Assembly: GCA_017533425.1 (NCBI GenBank)
Contig: JAFXIE010000104.1
Coordinates: forward strand, 1-58,794
Length of the DNA: 58,794 bases
Direction: 5' to 3'
DNA from: Clostridia bacterium
Lineage (GTDB): Bacteria; Bacillota; Clostridia; Oscillospirales; QAMX01
A program made the position numbers and the translations under genes. Within the stretch, counting starts at the first letter, position 1. Every line of letters begins with the position of its first letter. Positions 37,813 through 46,805 of this stretch are shown here, one piece after another. The notes under the pieces were generated by a model, which saw only the letters and a list, made by a program, of their open reading frames with translations, made no database searches and was not told the DNA's origin.

Positions 37813-38508
37813 GTGCGGGGTGATTTGATTTTGAATACACCGATTATTGATGCCCGAGGCATATCCCGGCGCTACAGCGGCGGCGGCGGATCTGTAGATG
37901 CACTGGTGAACGCCGATATTGCCCTGGAACGCGCCTCTTTCACGGCGATTATCGGAAGCTCCGGTTCGGGAAAAAGCACCTTGATGAATATTCTCGGGTG
38001 TCTTGACAAGCCAACAGGCGGTACCTACCGTCTCAATGGCGAATCGGTGACCGATGCATCGCCGGAAAAACTTGCGGAGCTTCGGCGCGCCTACATCGGC
38101 TTTATTTTTCAGCGTTTTCATCTCATTCCGCGCCTGACGGCAGAGGAAAATGTAGCCCTTCCGCTGCTCTATCGGCACATTTCCAGGGATGACATTGCGG
38201 AGAAGGCCAATGATGCGCTCCTGCGGGTGGGACTCTCCGCGCGGGCAAAGCACCGACCCGGGGAGATGTCCGGTGGTCAGATGCAGAGGGTTGCCATTGC
38301 CCGGGCAATCATTACTGAGCCGGAAATCCTGCTGGCCGATGAGCCAACAGGCAACCTTGATCCGGAGGCATCGTCGCAGATCCTTGATTTGCTGGAAGGC
38401 CTGCGGCGCGAGGGTAAAACCGTGGTTCTCATCACCCATGATCTGCAGGCTGCGCGTCGGGCCGACAGCCTTTACCGAATTGTAGGCGGCAGACTGACAA
38501 GGGCATAA
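37813..38508 (+). CDS. ABC transporter ATP-binding protein (MacB/LolD/FtsE-like ATPase)
   Basis: Walker A GSSGSGKST, signature MSGGQMQRVAIARA, Walker B ILLADEPTGNLD, H-loop ITHD. The start is uncertain (GTG 37813 or TTG 37831). No permease gene is adjacent. Confidence 0.85.
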   Translation: MRGDLILNTPIIDARGISRRYSGGGGSVDALVNADIALERASFTAIIGSSGSGKSTLMNILGCLDKPTGGTYRLNGESVTDASPEKLAELRRAYIGFIFQRFHLIPRLTAEENVALPLLYRHISRDDIAEKANDALLRVGLSARAKHRPGEMSGGQMQRVAIARAIITEPEILLADEPTGNLDPEASSQILDLLEGLRREGKTVVLITHDLQAARRADSLYRIVGGRLTRA

Positions 38509-38512
38509 AAAT

Positions 38513-38536
38513 CGGCAGAGGATCTCTCCTCTGCCG
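38513..38536 (-). terminator. Intrinsic terminator after hpf
   Basis: CGGCAGAGGA-tctc-TCCTCTGCCG, with ATTTTTA following on the minus strand. Confidence 0.6.
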
Positions 38537-38551
38537 ATGAATTTATACCGG

Positions 38552-39082
38552 TTATTCCGTTTCGATGATACCGTAATCCCCGTCGGTACGCACATAGACA
38601 ATGCAGACGGCATCATTTGCCTCCGAATTGCGGAAAGCAAAGAACTTGTGACCCAAAAGGTCCATCTGCAGGGCGGCCTCCTCCGCCGTCATGGAATTGA
38701 GGGTAAAGTGCTTTTTGCGGACGATGTCGAGAGGATCTTCCTCGGGGAGGGTCTCCTCCGGCGGCATGACTGCCTTATCAAAGGCATTGTCCCGGATGCG
38801 CTTGCCGAGCTTGGTGCGATGCTTGCGGATCTGACGCTCAATGGCATCAACGGCATCATCAAGTGCTGCGTAACTGTTTTCCGAGCGTTATTCTGCGCGG
38901 AAGTACATGCTCTGGGAGGATACAGTTACTTCAATACTGTATGCCTCGCGCACACGGTCAATTTTGACGACCGCCTCCGAATCGTGACTGAAGTAGCGAT
39001 CGAGTTTGGCGAGCTTTCTGTCTGCGCGTGCAAAGAATCCGCCATCGACGCCGGGTTTTCTTTCCTGGTACTGGATCTTCAT
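38552..39082 (-). pseudogene. hpf: Long-form ribosome hibernation promoting factor interrupted by one in-frame TAA
   Basis: ORFs 38888..39082 (S30AE-like N-domain ending MYFRAE) and 38552..38767 (C-terminal dimerisation domain) are in the same frame. The 41 codons between them read RSENSYAALDDAVDAIERQIRKHRTKLGKR..., the conserved HPF linker. Only the TAA at 38890..38888 breaks a 177-codon gene. Confidence 0.8.
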
Positions 39083-39192
39083 TCGTGTGTCACTTCCTTC
39101 AGAGTATTAGGGATCAATCTATCCCCAATCATATTATACAACATCTCGAAGGAAATTACCATAGGCATTTGGCAAATTTCACAAATTTTTTA

Positions 39193-40032
39193 CTAAATTT
39201 CCGCCTCCGCATGGCGCGTGACATAGCAGCCCATATTGACGGCGACGGGAAGACCTGCGATATGGGTCGGATAGCTCTCGATGAGCACCGCAAGGGCGGT
39301 CTCGGTGCCGCCGAAGCCCTGTGCGCCGATGCCGCAGGAATTGACGGCGGCAAGCATTCGCTTCTCAAGAGCTGCATAAAAGGAATCGGGATTTTCACGA
39401 TCCAGCGGTCGGGTGAGGGCGTGCTTTGCCATCAGGGCAGCCTTTTCCATCGTGCCGCCGATGCCAACGCCGAGAATCATGGGCGGACAGGGGTTGGATC
39501 CGGCATTACGCGCCACATCCTTGACAAAATCAATGATATCCTCTGCCGTTGCGGCGGGGGTGAACATGCGCATGGCGCTCATATTCTCGCTGCCAAAGCC
39601 CTTGGGCTCCACGGTGATGCGGATGCGATCCCCCGGCACAAGGCGGGTATGGATGACCGCCGGGGTATTATCCCCCGTATTCGTGCGCCGCAGGGGATCG
39701 GACACCACAGATGCCCGCAAATAGCCTTCGGTATATCCTTTTGCCACGCCGGCATGCACGGCATCCTCAAAGGATCCGATGATGTGGACATCCTGCCCTA
39801 TCTCGGCAAAAACAACGGCCATGCCGGTATCCTGGCAGACAGCAAGCCCGGATTGTGCCGCGCAGGAAAGATTGTCGCAGATCATGCCGAGGGCTGCCCG
39901 GCAGGCGGGAGATTGCTCCTTATCCCTTGCGGAAGCAAGGGATAAGGCAATATCCGGCGAGAGCTCCCGGTTTGCCTTCCGGCAAAGCAGAGCTACGGTA
40001 TCGCGGATGAGATCGGATGAGATTTCGCGCAT
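39193..40032 (-). CDS. Class I (Fe-S) fumarate hydratase / tartrate dehydratase alpha subunit
   Basis: Start ATG 40032 (MREISSDLI) after AAGGAG. AVCQDTGMAVVF and GVGIGGT motifs. No beta-subunit gene is adjacent. Confidence 0.8.
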   Translation of the reverse strand: MREISSDLIRDTVALLCRKANRELSPDIALSLASARDKEQSPACRAALGMICDNLSCAAQSGLAVCQDTGMAVVFAEIGQDVHIIGSFEDAVHAGVAKGYTEGYLRASVVSDPLRRTNTGDNTPAVIHTRLVPGDRIRITVEPKGFGSENMSAMRMFTPAATAEDIIDFVKDVARNAGSNPCPPMILGVGIGGTMEKAALMAKHALTRPLDRENPDSFYAALEKRMLAAVNSCGIGAQGFGGTETALAVLIESYPTHIAGLPVAVNMGCYVTRHAEAEI

Positions 40033-40098
40033 GGATCTAAACTCCTTTATTCGAAAAACAGAAGCAGACCGCAAAAAGCGGTCCGCAAATGACATCAT

Positions 40099-40392
40099 TT
40101 ATTTGCCGGCCTCGTCCTTGAAGATGATCTCGCCGGGGAGAACGTAGCCGAGCTTGTCGCGCACGATATTTGCGATGATCTCATCGGTCAGCTCGCCGCG
40201 GTTGTTGGCCGAAAGAAGCTCATTTTGCTCCTTCTGCAAATCCACCTGCTGCTGGAGAAGATCGACAGCCGAGCGGGCATCCTCAATGCGTCCGTACATG
40301 GTGATGAGCACCACGACGGTGTAGATAAAGACGGCGAGCAGCACGAGCTTCGGAAGAATTCCGACCTTTTTGCTTCTGGGATTCTGCTTCAT
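40099..40392 (-). CDS. divIC: Septum formation initiator (FtsB/DivIC family)
   Basis: 97 aa with an N-terminal TM helix and a coiled coil (LLQQQVDLQKEQNELL). Follows yabP-yabQ, as in B. subtilis. Confidence 0.8.
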   Translation of the reverse strand: MKQNPRSKKVGILPKLVLLAVFIYTVVVLITMYGRIEDARSAVDLLQQQVDLQKEQNELLSANNRGELTDEIIANIVRDKLGYVLPGEIIFKDEAGK

Positions 40393-40822
40393 GTGATCTC
40401 CGTCTCCTTTCTCTCCACGCAGAAAATTTGCGTATCCATTTGCTCTTTTGTATTATAGCCCAAAGCCTGCGGAATTGCAAGCAGATACAACGCCAAATTT
40501 TGGAAATAATCCTGAATATTCTGTGAACCGCTGAAATGAATACGTTTTCAAGACAATCTCCGAGGGTATAACGCCAGAGAAAAAAGCCGCCGGCCAAGCC
40601 GATGAGCAGATGAAGCCGCAGCTCCCCGTCGGCTGAATAGAGCAAAAATAGAAAGGCAGTTGCCCAGGATACCATGCAAAAGATCAAATCTGCCGGCGCC
40701 TCAGACCTCCACTTAAGTGTCAGACGCAGGATACGCAGCATGCCATAAATGACAGAAAGGGCGGCTCCAACAGGCAGGGATAGCAGAAAGGCCAACCCCT
40801 GCGAAGTCAGTGATATACCCAT
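40283..40822 (-). CDS. yabQ: Spore cortex biosynthesis protein YabQ-like
   Basis: 179 aa with about 4 TM helices and an Arg/Lys-rich tail. Sits directly after yabP. Its last 110 nt overlap divIC in another frame. Confidence 0.6.
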   Translation of the reverse strand: MGISLTSQGLAFLLSLPVGAALSVIYGMLRILRLTLKWRSEAPADLIFCMVSWATAFLFLLYSADGELRLHLLIGLAGGFFLWRYTLGDCLENVFISAVHRIFRIISKIWRCICLQFRRLWAIIQKSKWIRKFSAWRERRRRSHEAESQKQKGRNSSEARAARRLYLHRRGAHHHVRTH

Positions 40823-41106
40823 CAGCCAAACAGACGGGACAAAAGGGACTGCCTCTCACCCACACCGCGGTAGGCAAGTGTATCCACCCGCCCGGTGAAG
40901 GAAAGCTCCCCGCACTCCACCGACAGGTTCTCAATATGCAAGCCTTCCCCCTGCAGCACAAGCTCTCCCCCGGCCGTTTTCATCCGTATGGCGCGGGCGT
41001 CATAGGCAAGTACGCCGAGTACACCGGTGACGCTTCCTCTCTCCCGCCCATCGAGAATGAGGCTGTGGGGCAAGTGGTTCTTTTCCTTATCCTGCATCAT
41101 GCGCAT
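40822..41106 (-). CDS. yabP: Sporulation protein YabP
   Basis: 94 aa. HSLILDGRERGSVTGV...LVLQGEGLHIENL fits the YabP/YqfC family pattern and synteny. Confidence 0.8.
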   Translation of the reverse strand: MRMMQDKEKNHLPHSLILDGRERGSVTGVLGVLAYDARAIRMKTAGGELVLQGEGLHIENLSVECGELSFTGRVDTLAYRGVGERQSLLSRLFG

Positions 41107-41203
41107 AACCTCCCATGGATTGTTTCCCTACAGATTATGCGCCGGTGTGCAAAAATAGACAAAGGAAATGGGCATCTGCCGGCGGCAAATGCCCATAGAA
41201 GCT

Positions 41204-41446
41204 TTATAAAATCTCGCGGTAGAGGGAGGATGCATCGGCCTTGTTTGCATGCTCGGAGATGTTGGTGACCTCAACCTTCAGGGAGCGGGTGCCGAAGCCG
41301 ATCTCAATGATATCGCCTACCTTGACCTGATAGGAGGCTTTGACCTCCCGGCCGTTAACCTTGACGCGTTCGTTGTCGCAGGCTTCATTTGCCACAGTGC
41401 GGCGCTTGATGAGCCGGGCTACCTTGAGATATTTGTCAATGCGCAT
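41204..41446 (-). CDS. S4-domain RNA-binding protein (YabO-like)
   Basis: 80 aa. MRIDKYLKVARLIKRRTVA...VKVNGREVK is a canonical S4 domain. Confidence 0.85.
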   Translation of the reverse strand: MRIDKYLKVARLIKRRTVANEACDNERVKVNGREVKASYQVKVGDIIEIGFGTRSLKVEVTNISEHANKADASSLYREIL

Positions 41447-41460
41447 AGGAAATCCTCAGT

Positions 41461-41736
41461 TTATTTATCGATAGCGTCCTTCAGGTTCTTGCTTGCCTTG
41501 AAAACAGGAGCCTTGGAGGCAGGAATGATGATGGTCTTCTTGGTGCGGGGATTCTTTCCCTCATGCTCGGGGCGAACGCGGACATCAAAAGCACCGAAGC
41601 CGGAGATAGAAACCTTTTCGCCCTTGCCAAGGGTCTCGGCAATCGTGACAAGAACGGCATCGACAATCTTATCAGTGTCCTTTTTGGTCATGCCGGTTTT
41701 TTTGGCGACTTCTGCGATGAGTTCAGTCTTGTTCAT
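41461..41736 (-). CDS. hup: HU family DNA-binding protein
   Basis: Start ATG 41736 (MNKTELIAEVAKKTGMTKKD...). GFGAFDVRVRPEHEGKNPRTKK arm motif. 91 aa. Confidence 0.9.
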   Translation of the reverse strand: MNKTELIAEVAKKTGMTKKDTDKIVDAVLVTIAETLGKGEKVSISGFGAFDVRVRPEHEGKNPRTKKTIIIPASKAPVFKASKNLKDAIDK

Positions 41737-42529
41737 TGTGTATCTCCTTAATTTTAATTTGTTCCCATATGGTATCAAGCTCTTGCATTGGGATTTCCGA
41801 AATGTTTTTGCCCGCATCCATGCAGGCGCGCTCCAGAGTAGCAAAACGGCGGATAAACTTATTGGTTGCGCCGGTGATGGCCTCCTCACTGTCAAGGCCC
41901 ATCAGTCGGCCGACATTGACCGCGGAGAAAAGCACATCGCCAAATTCCTCGCAGGCCTCCTCCGGGCTCTTTGCTGCGGCAAGCTCTGCGATCTCCTCGC
42001 TGAGCTTTGCCGAGGCCTCAGTTACATCGGCAAAATCAAAATTTGCTTTGGCCGCCTTGCGCTGCACCTTCTCCGCCCGCATCAGTCCCGGCAGGCAGGC
42101 GGGAATCTGCTCCAGCGTATCAGTGAAGGTGGTTTGATGCTTCTCCACCCGCTTGATCTGATCCCAGTTTTTCAAAACCTCGTCGGAGGTATCTGCCTTG
42201 ACATCGCCAAAGATATGGGGATGGCGAAGAATGAGCTTTTTGCAGATGCCGTCGGTGACATCGGTGAGGGTAAACTCTCCCCCATCGTCGGCAATCTTTG
42301 CATGGAAGACCACCTGCAGCATCAGATCGCCCAGCTCTTCGCACATGCCGGCAAGATCGGAGCGATCAATGCAGTCGCAAACCTCGTAGGTTTCCTCAAT
42401 CAGATTCTTGCGGATGGAGGCATGATCCTGCTCGCGATCCCAGGGGCAACCCTCCGGGCAGCGAAGAATATCCATGATTTTGACCAAATCGTCAAAATCA
42501 TACCTGTCCTTTTTATTAAATTTTACCAT
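41723..42529 (-). CDS. mazG: MazG nucleoside triphosphate pyrophosphohydrolase
   Basis: 268 aa. Tandem MazG domains with EETYEV and EELGDLMLQVVFH motifs. Confidence 0.85.
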   Translation of the reverse strand: MVKFNKKDRYDFDDLVKIMDILRCPEGCPWDREQDHASIRKNLIEETYEVCDCIDRSDLAGMCEELGDLMLQVVFHAKIADDGGEFTLTDVTDGICKKLILRHPHIFGDVKADTSDEVLKNWDQIKRVEKHQTTFTDTLEQIPACLPGLMRAEKVQRKAAKANFDFADVTEASAKLSEEIAELAAAKSPEEACEEFGDVLFSAVNVGRLMGLDSEEAITGATNKFIRRFATLERACMDAGKNISEIPMQELDTIWEQIKIKEIHNEQD

Positions 42530-42584
42530 ATTTCTCTTCCTTTCGCAAGTGGTATTTTAAAACTTCTGCTGCGTTTGGGCCAAA

Positions 42585-44156
42585 TTACGGATTAATAATC
42601 GAAAAAAGTGGCCTATCCTCAGTGTTTTTTAATTTATCGAATTTTCGTCCCAAAGTGCCGGAACGGAGCAGTTTGGGCAAAAAAAGCAATGCAAGATTCA
42701 AAAGTCCGAAGAGGCAAACCACCGCAATGGTGGCAATTCCCTTTGGCAGAATGCCCGCAAGCGCGCGAAACACAAGCGGAGATAGAAGCAAAATGGGCAA
42801 TCCGGCAAATAGGGGCGGCAGCGCACAGCGCAGGGTTCGGGAAAAACCGATACCAAGGTGAGATACGGCGATCATCTCGGGAATGACGGAGGCGATCATC
42901 CCTGCCGCACTGCCAAGAGGCGCGCCGAAGATGCCGATCTCCGGCATGCGGACGCACAATGCGGTAACAAGAAGCCGTACGGCGCAGCCGGTCAGCCCGG
43001 AAACGAGGGTAAAATTCGTCTTTCCGCAGGCGATGAGCAGCGCCCGGGAAACGGCGGAAAACCCCAGGGCAACAAGCCCCGGCGCCAGCGCTGCCAGAAG
43101 CGGCGCGGCCAGCAGAACATCCGCCTCCCGGCGGAATAGGAGCCCCAGCAGCTCCGCAGGCATTGCCATAAAGGCGTAGGCCGCCGGAATGCAGATGGCC
43201 GCGGCGATAAAATATGCCCGCAGGGCAAGGCGGGATAAGCCCCCACGATCCTTTGCGGCATAGCGCTCTGCGGCGGCGGGCATGACGCTGGCGGTCAGGG
43301 CAGAAATGAGGGTTGGCGGAAAGGAAAAGAGAGTCATACAGTAGCCGGAATAGATGCCGAATACCTCTGTGGCCCGACGGGCGGTATAGCCGATGTATCG
43401 CAGCGCGGAAATGAGTATGCGGGTATCAAAAATTCCGGCAAGAGAATGCACCAGGGAGGAAACGGTCAGCGGCAGCGCCGTCAGATACAGCCTGCGGCCG
43501 CATCCCTTTTCTGCGGATGCACCTCGAAGGCGAAGAAGCATGGGCATCAGCGCCAACAGGGCACAGATCTCCCCTGCCGTCACCCCGGCGATGGCGCCCG
43601 CCGCCATGGCAGCAGCTCCCTTAGGGGCAAGTAATTTCGCAAGAAAGAGACCGACGCCCAGGCGAAGGGCTGCCTCCATCAGCTGCGAGAGGGCGGTCGG
43701 CAGCATATTCCCCTCACCCTGGGCAAAGGCACGCAGGGACGACACGCAGCAGCAAGCGAAAATTCCCGGAGCAACGGCACGGACAGCAGCTGCCGCCTCA
43801 ATATTTCCGGCAAGGGCGGCAAAGGAATCGGCAGAAAAATAAACCACCGCTGCTGAGACCGCGCCAAAGACAGCTGCCGGAATAAAGGCTGCCCGGGCAA
43901 GACCGGGGTGCCGCGATTGCGGGCTTGCGGCCACCGTTCGGGAAAGCGCCGTCGGAAGACCTGCGGTAACGGCAATCATTCCAAAGGAAAAGACCGACAT
44001 GGCCATGTTAAAATAGGCCAGTACACTGCCGCCCGAAAGATTTGCCAGGGGAACCTTAAAGAGCACCCCCAGGCACTTGACAAGAAGATTGGACGCGGCA
44101 AGTATTGCCGCGCCACGGGTCACGCTCTGCCTCTTTTTCTCCATATCCGCCTCCAT
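42585..44156 (-). CDS. MOP-superfamily polysaccharide/lipid II flippase (SpoVB/YabM-like)
   Basis: 523 aa, about 14 TM helices. N-terminal GAAILAASNLLVKCLGVLFKVPL pattern. Occupies the yabM position upstream of mazG. Confidence 0.7.
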   Translation of the reverse strand: MEADMEKKRQSVTRGAAILAASNLLVKCLGVLFKVPLANLSGGSVLAYFNMAMSVFSFGMIAVTAGLPTALSRTVAASPQSRHPGLARAAFIPAAVFGAVSAAVVYFSADSFAALAGNIEAAAAVRAVAPGIFACCCVSSLRAFAQGEGNMLPTALSQLMEAALRLGVGLFLAKLLAPKGAAAMAAGAIAGVTAGEICALLALMPMLLRLRGASAEKGCGRRLYLTALPLTVSSLVHSLAGIFDTRILISALRYIGYTARRATEVFGIYSGYCMTLFSFPPTLISALTASVMPAAAERYAAKDRGGLSRLALRAYFIAAAICIPAAYAFMAMPAELLGLLFRREADVLLAAPLLAALAPGLVALGFSAVSRALLIACGKTNFTLVSGLTGCAVRLLVTALCVRMPEIGIFGAPLGSAAGMIASVIPEMIAVSHLGIGFSRTLRCALPPLFAGLPILLLSPLVFRALAGILPKGIATIAVVCLFGLLNLALLFLPKLLRSGTLGRKFDKLKNTEDRPLFSIINP

Positions 44157-44200
44157 AATTTCTTACGGAAGCATTGTATGAGAAGCAGCGGCGCGGTATG

Positions 44201-45487
44201 TTAGGCAAGATAGGCGCGAATGCGCTCCGCATCGTGGAAGAGGCGCTCGCGGTCAATGGTCAGAAGCTCGCCGTTTTCGTATAAAACGCGTCCGCGAACC
44301 ATGGTCATGCGGACACAGGTATTATCCGCAGAGTAAACCAGGGCGGAATAGGGGGAATTCAGCGGGATCATACAGGGTCGGCGGGCATCCAGAAGCACCA
44401 GATCGGCATCCATACCGACGGCGATACGTCCGCATTCCGCCTCTCTTCCCTGGGCGTAGGCGCCTCCCGCCGTTGCCAGGGCGTGCGTTGTCTCCGCCGA
44501 GAGGGAAACGGGATTATTTTCCCGCAGCTTTGCCACAAGGGCAGCGCATTTCATCTCCCCAAAGGCGCAGATGGCATTGTTGGAGGAGGCGCCGTCGGTG
44601 CCAAGGGCAACGTGCAGCCCTGCCTTCAGCATCTTCTCCACCGGCGCAATGCCGGAGGCAAGCTTTGCATTGCTCACGGGGCAATGGGTAACCGCAGCAC
44701 CGTGGGAGGCAAGAATATGGATGTCTTCATCAGACACATGGACGCAGTGCGCCGCATTGACGCGGGATGCAAAAACACCGGCCTCCAGGAAGAGCTCCGT
44801 TGGGGTCTTTCCGTATTTGTCCATGCATTCCGCGTGCTCATGGGCAGTTTCGGAAATATGAGTCTGCAGGACAATGCCGTGCTCTGCGGCAAATTCCGCC
44901 GCATCCCGCCAAAGCGCCGGACTTGAGGTATACTCCGCATGGATGGCAATATCTGCACGGATGCGGCCCCCATCGGCCATGTGCCAATCGCGCAGAAGTG
45001 CCTCCTGCTCGGCGAAGGCCTTGTGGGTCTTGCGCGTGATGCCGTCGGCATAGCCGGTCAGCCCGCGGGCAAGGTTTGCCTTGATACCGGAGGTGAGCAC
45101 CTCCTTTGCGATATCCTCGCAGAAGAAATACATATCCGATACCGAGGTGATGCCGGAGGAAAGGCACTCTGCAATGGTTGCCCGGGCGCCGACGGCGGCC
45201 ATTTCACCGTCCAGCTTGTCCTCCCGGGGGAAGATCTCCTCAAAGAGCCACTTCTGCAGGTTGAGATCGTCCGCAACGCCGCGAAGAAGCGTCATGGGCA
45301 GATGGCAGTGCGAATTGACAAATCCGGGAGAGAGAATATCCCCACGGGCTTCAATGGTGCGCTCGGGAATAAAATCCTTGGGGATCTCCCCGGAAATAAA
45401 GGCGATTTTCCCGCCGTCGATGCCGACAGAGGCACGCAATTCTCCTCCGGCGGTAAGAACACGGGCATCGCGAATGAGTGTTTTCAT
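44201..45487 (-). CDS. mtaD: Amidohydrolase, 5-methylthioadenosine/S-adenosylhomocysteine deaminase-like
   Basis: 428 aa. Metal-binding NSHCHLPMTLLRG, HISET, and GTDGASSNN motifs. Confidence 0.75.
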   Translation of the reverse strand: MKTLIRDARVLTAGGELRASVGIDGGKIAFISGEIPKDFIPERTIEARGDILSPGFVNSHCHLPMTLLRGVADDLNLQKWLFEEIFPREDKLDGEMAAVGARATIAECLSSGITSVSDMYFFCEDIAKEVLTSGIKANLARGLTGYADGITRKTHKAFAEQEALLRDWHMADGGRIRADIAIHAEYTSSPALWRDAAEFAAEHGIVLQTHISETAHEHAECMDKYGKTPTELFLEAGVFASRVNAAHCVHVSDEDIHILASHGAAVTHCPVSNAKLASGIAPVEKMLKAGLHVALGTDGASSNNAICAFGEMKCAALVAKLRENNPVSLSAETTHALATAGGAYAQGREAECGRIAVGMDADLVLLDARRPCMIPLNSPYSALVYSADNTCVRMTMVRGRVLYENGELLTIDRERLFHDAERIRAYLA

Positions 45488-45502
45488 ATCAGCTCCGGAA
45501 TT

Positions 45503-45889
45503 TCAGAATTTTTCGCCGCAAATGGGGCAATAGCCGTAATCCTTTGCAACGGCTTTGCCGCATTTTGCGCATACTTTGGTATTGCGAAGGCGATCGGCCT
45601 TCTTTTTCAGGCCGGAAATCTCGCCGAGGATCTCATCCATGCGGGTATAGCACTTTTCCAGCTCGTCCTCCTGGATCTCACAGCCCTTACGGCCTTCATA
45701 GAGTATCCGTCCGATGCGGGCATATTCCGCATCTCTCTCCTGCTCAAGCGTATAAATGCGGACGCCGAGCTTTGTGCGCTCATAAATTTCACCGCCCTTG
45801 CGGATGGCGGAATTTGCTGCCTTTCCTACGGTATCGCCGACATTTTCGGCGGTTTCGGAAACCTTTTTCATAAATTCGTCATAGGTCAT
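45503..45889 (-). CDS. Zinc-ribbon domain protein
   Basis: Start ATG 45889 after AAGGAGA. 128 aa: a helical N-part and C-terminal CAKCGKAVAKDYGYCPICG. Confidence 0.6.
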   Translation of the reverse strand: MTYDEFMKKVSETAENVGDTVGKAANSAIRKGGEIYERTKLGVRIYTLEQERDAEYARIGRILYEGRKGCEIQEDELEKCYTRMDEILGEISGLKKKADRLRNTKVCAKCGKAVAKDYGYCPICGEKF

Positions 45890-45902
45890 GGACAGTTCTC
45901 CT

Positions 45903-46802
45903 TTAGTTGTTGCCGATAAATTCGCGCAGCAGGCAGTCTGCGGACAGGTGCTCTGCCGTGAGATTGACAAAGGGCGCATAAGCCCGCCGCAGGGCATCGG
46001 CAAGAGGGTGGTCTACTCCTTCCAGCACCTCGCTGATGAGGGGGCGGAAAAGCCCCGGCTCACAGGGATGGAAGGAGTCGATGCGGTAATCTGCCAGCGC
46101 ACGTCCCGGCAGGATATATTTATGCTCGCCTGCGCGCACGGAATTCCACATGGCAAGGGTGGCGGCGGGATCGGTATTGCGGAAAAGGCTGTCCCGCACG
46201 ATACGACGGCAGAGGCGGACGTAATTCTTCGGCAGCTGCAGAAGATCCTCATGCCAAACCTCTCCGCCGACGCGGATATAGATGCCGTAGGCGCGCTCAA
46301 TCTCATCTCCCATGACGGTGGCATTCAGGGCATGAATGCCCTCATAGAGGACAACACCTCCGTCGGCGGGGATATGGGTGGTCTTCGCATCCCGGCGGCG
46401 GCTCATAAAGTCAAAGCGCGGGATATCCACCGGAAGTCCCTGCTCGATTGCATGGATATGTTTGGTAAGCAGAGGTATATCCAGGCAGTAGGGAGATTCA
46501 AAATCATAGCTTCCGTCGGGATTTTTCGGGTAATTCTCATCCACATCCATATAATAGTCATCCAGGGAAATGACATGGCAGGAGATGCCGCGCTTTGCCA
46601 GGGCTTCGGTGATGCGCCTCGCCGTTGTTGTCTTGCCGGAGGATGAGGGACCGCAGAGAAGCGCCACGCGGCTTTTTGCCATGTGTTCTGCAATTCCTGC
46701 CGCAACTTCATCGATCTGACGGGTGTAGTGCGCCTCCGATCGGGCACAAAGCGACGCGGGATCGGTCAGGGCGTCAGAGTTGATATCCTTAAGAAAATAC
46801 AT
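45903..46802 (-). CDS. Uridine kinase/phosphoribulokinase-family P-loop nucleoside kinase
   Basis: 299 aa. Walker A GPSSSGKTT followed by ISLDDYY. Confidence 0.7.
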   Translation of the reverse strand: MYFLKDINSDALTDPASLCARSEAHYTRQIDEVAAGIAEHMAKSRVALLCGPSSSGKTTTARRITEALAKRGISCHVISLDDYYMDVDENYPKNPDGSYDFESPYCLDIPLLTKHIHAIEQGLPVDIPRFDFMSRRRDAKTTHIPADGGVVLYEGIHALNATVMGDEIERAYGIYIRVGGEVWHEDLLQLPKNYVRLCRRIVRDSLFRNTDPAATLAMWNSVRAGEHKYILPGRALADYRIDSFHPCEPGLFRPLISEVLEGVDHPLADALRRAYAPFVNLTAEHLSADCLLREFIGNN

Positions 46803-46805
46803 AGC

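Noticed and set aside
38888-38890. Possibility that the in-frame TAA in hpf reflects an alternative genetic code.
   Set aside because: TAA terminates several clearly complete genes in the same window (parC at 1537, the RseC-family gene at 12788, GH31 at 21613, xerD at 24588, GH38 at 36607). A global reassignment is therefore not supported.
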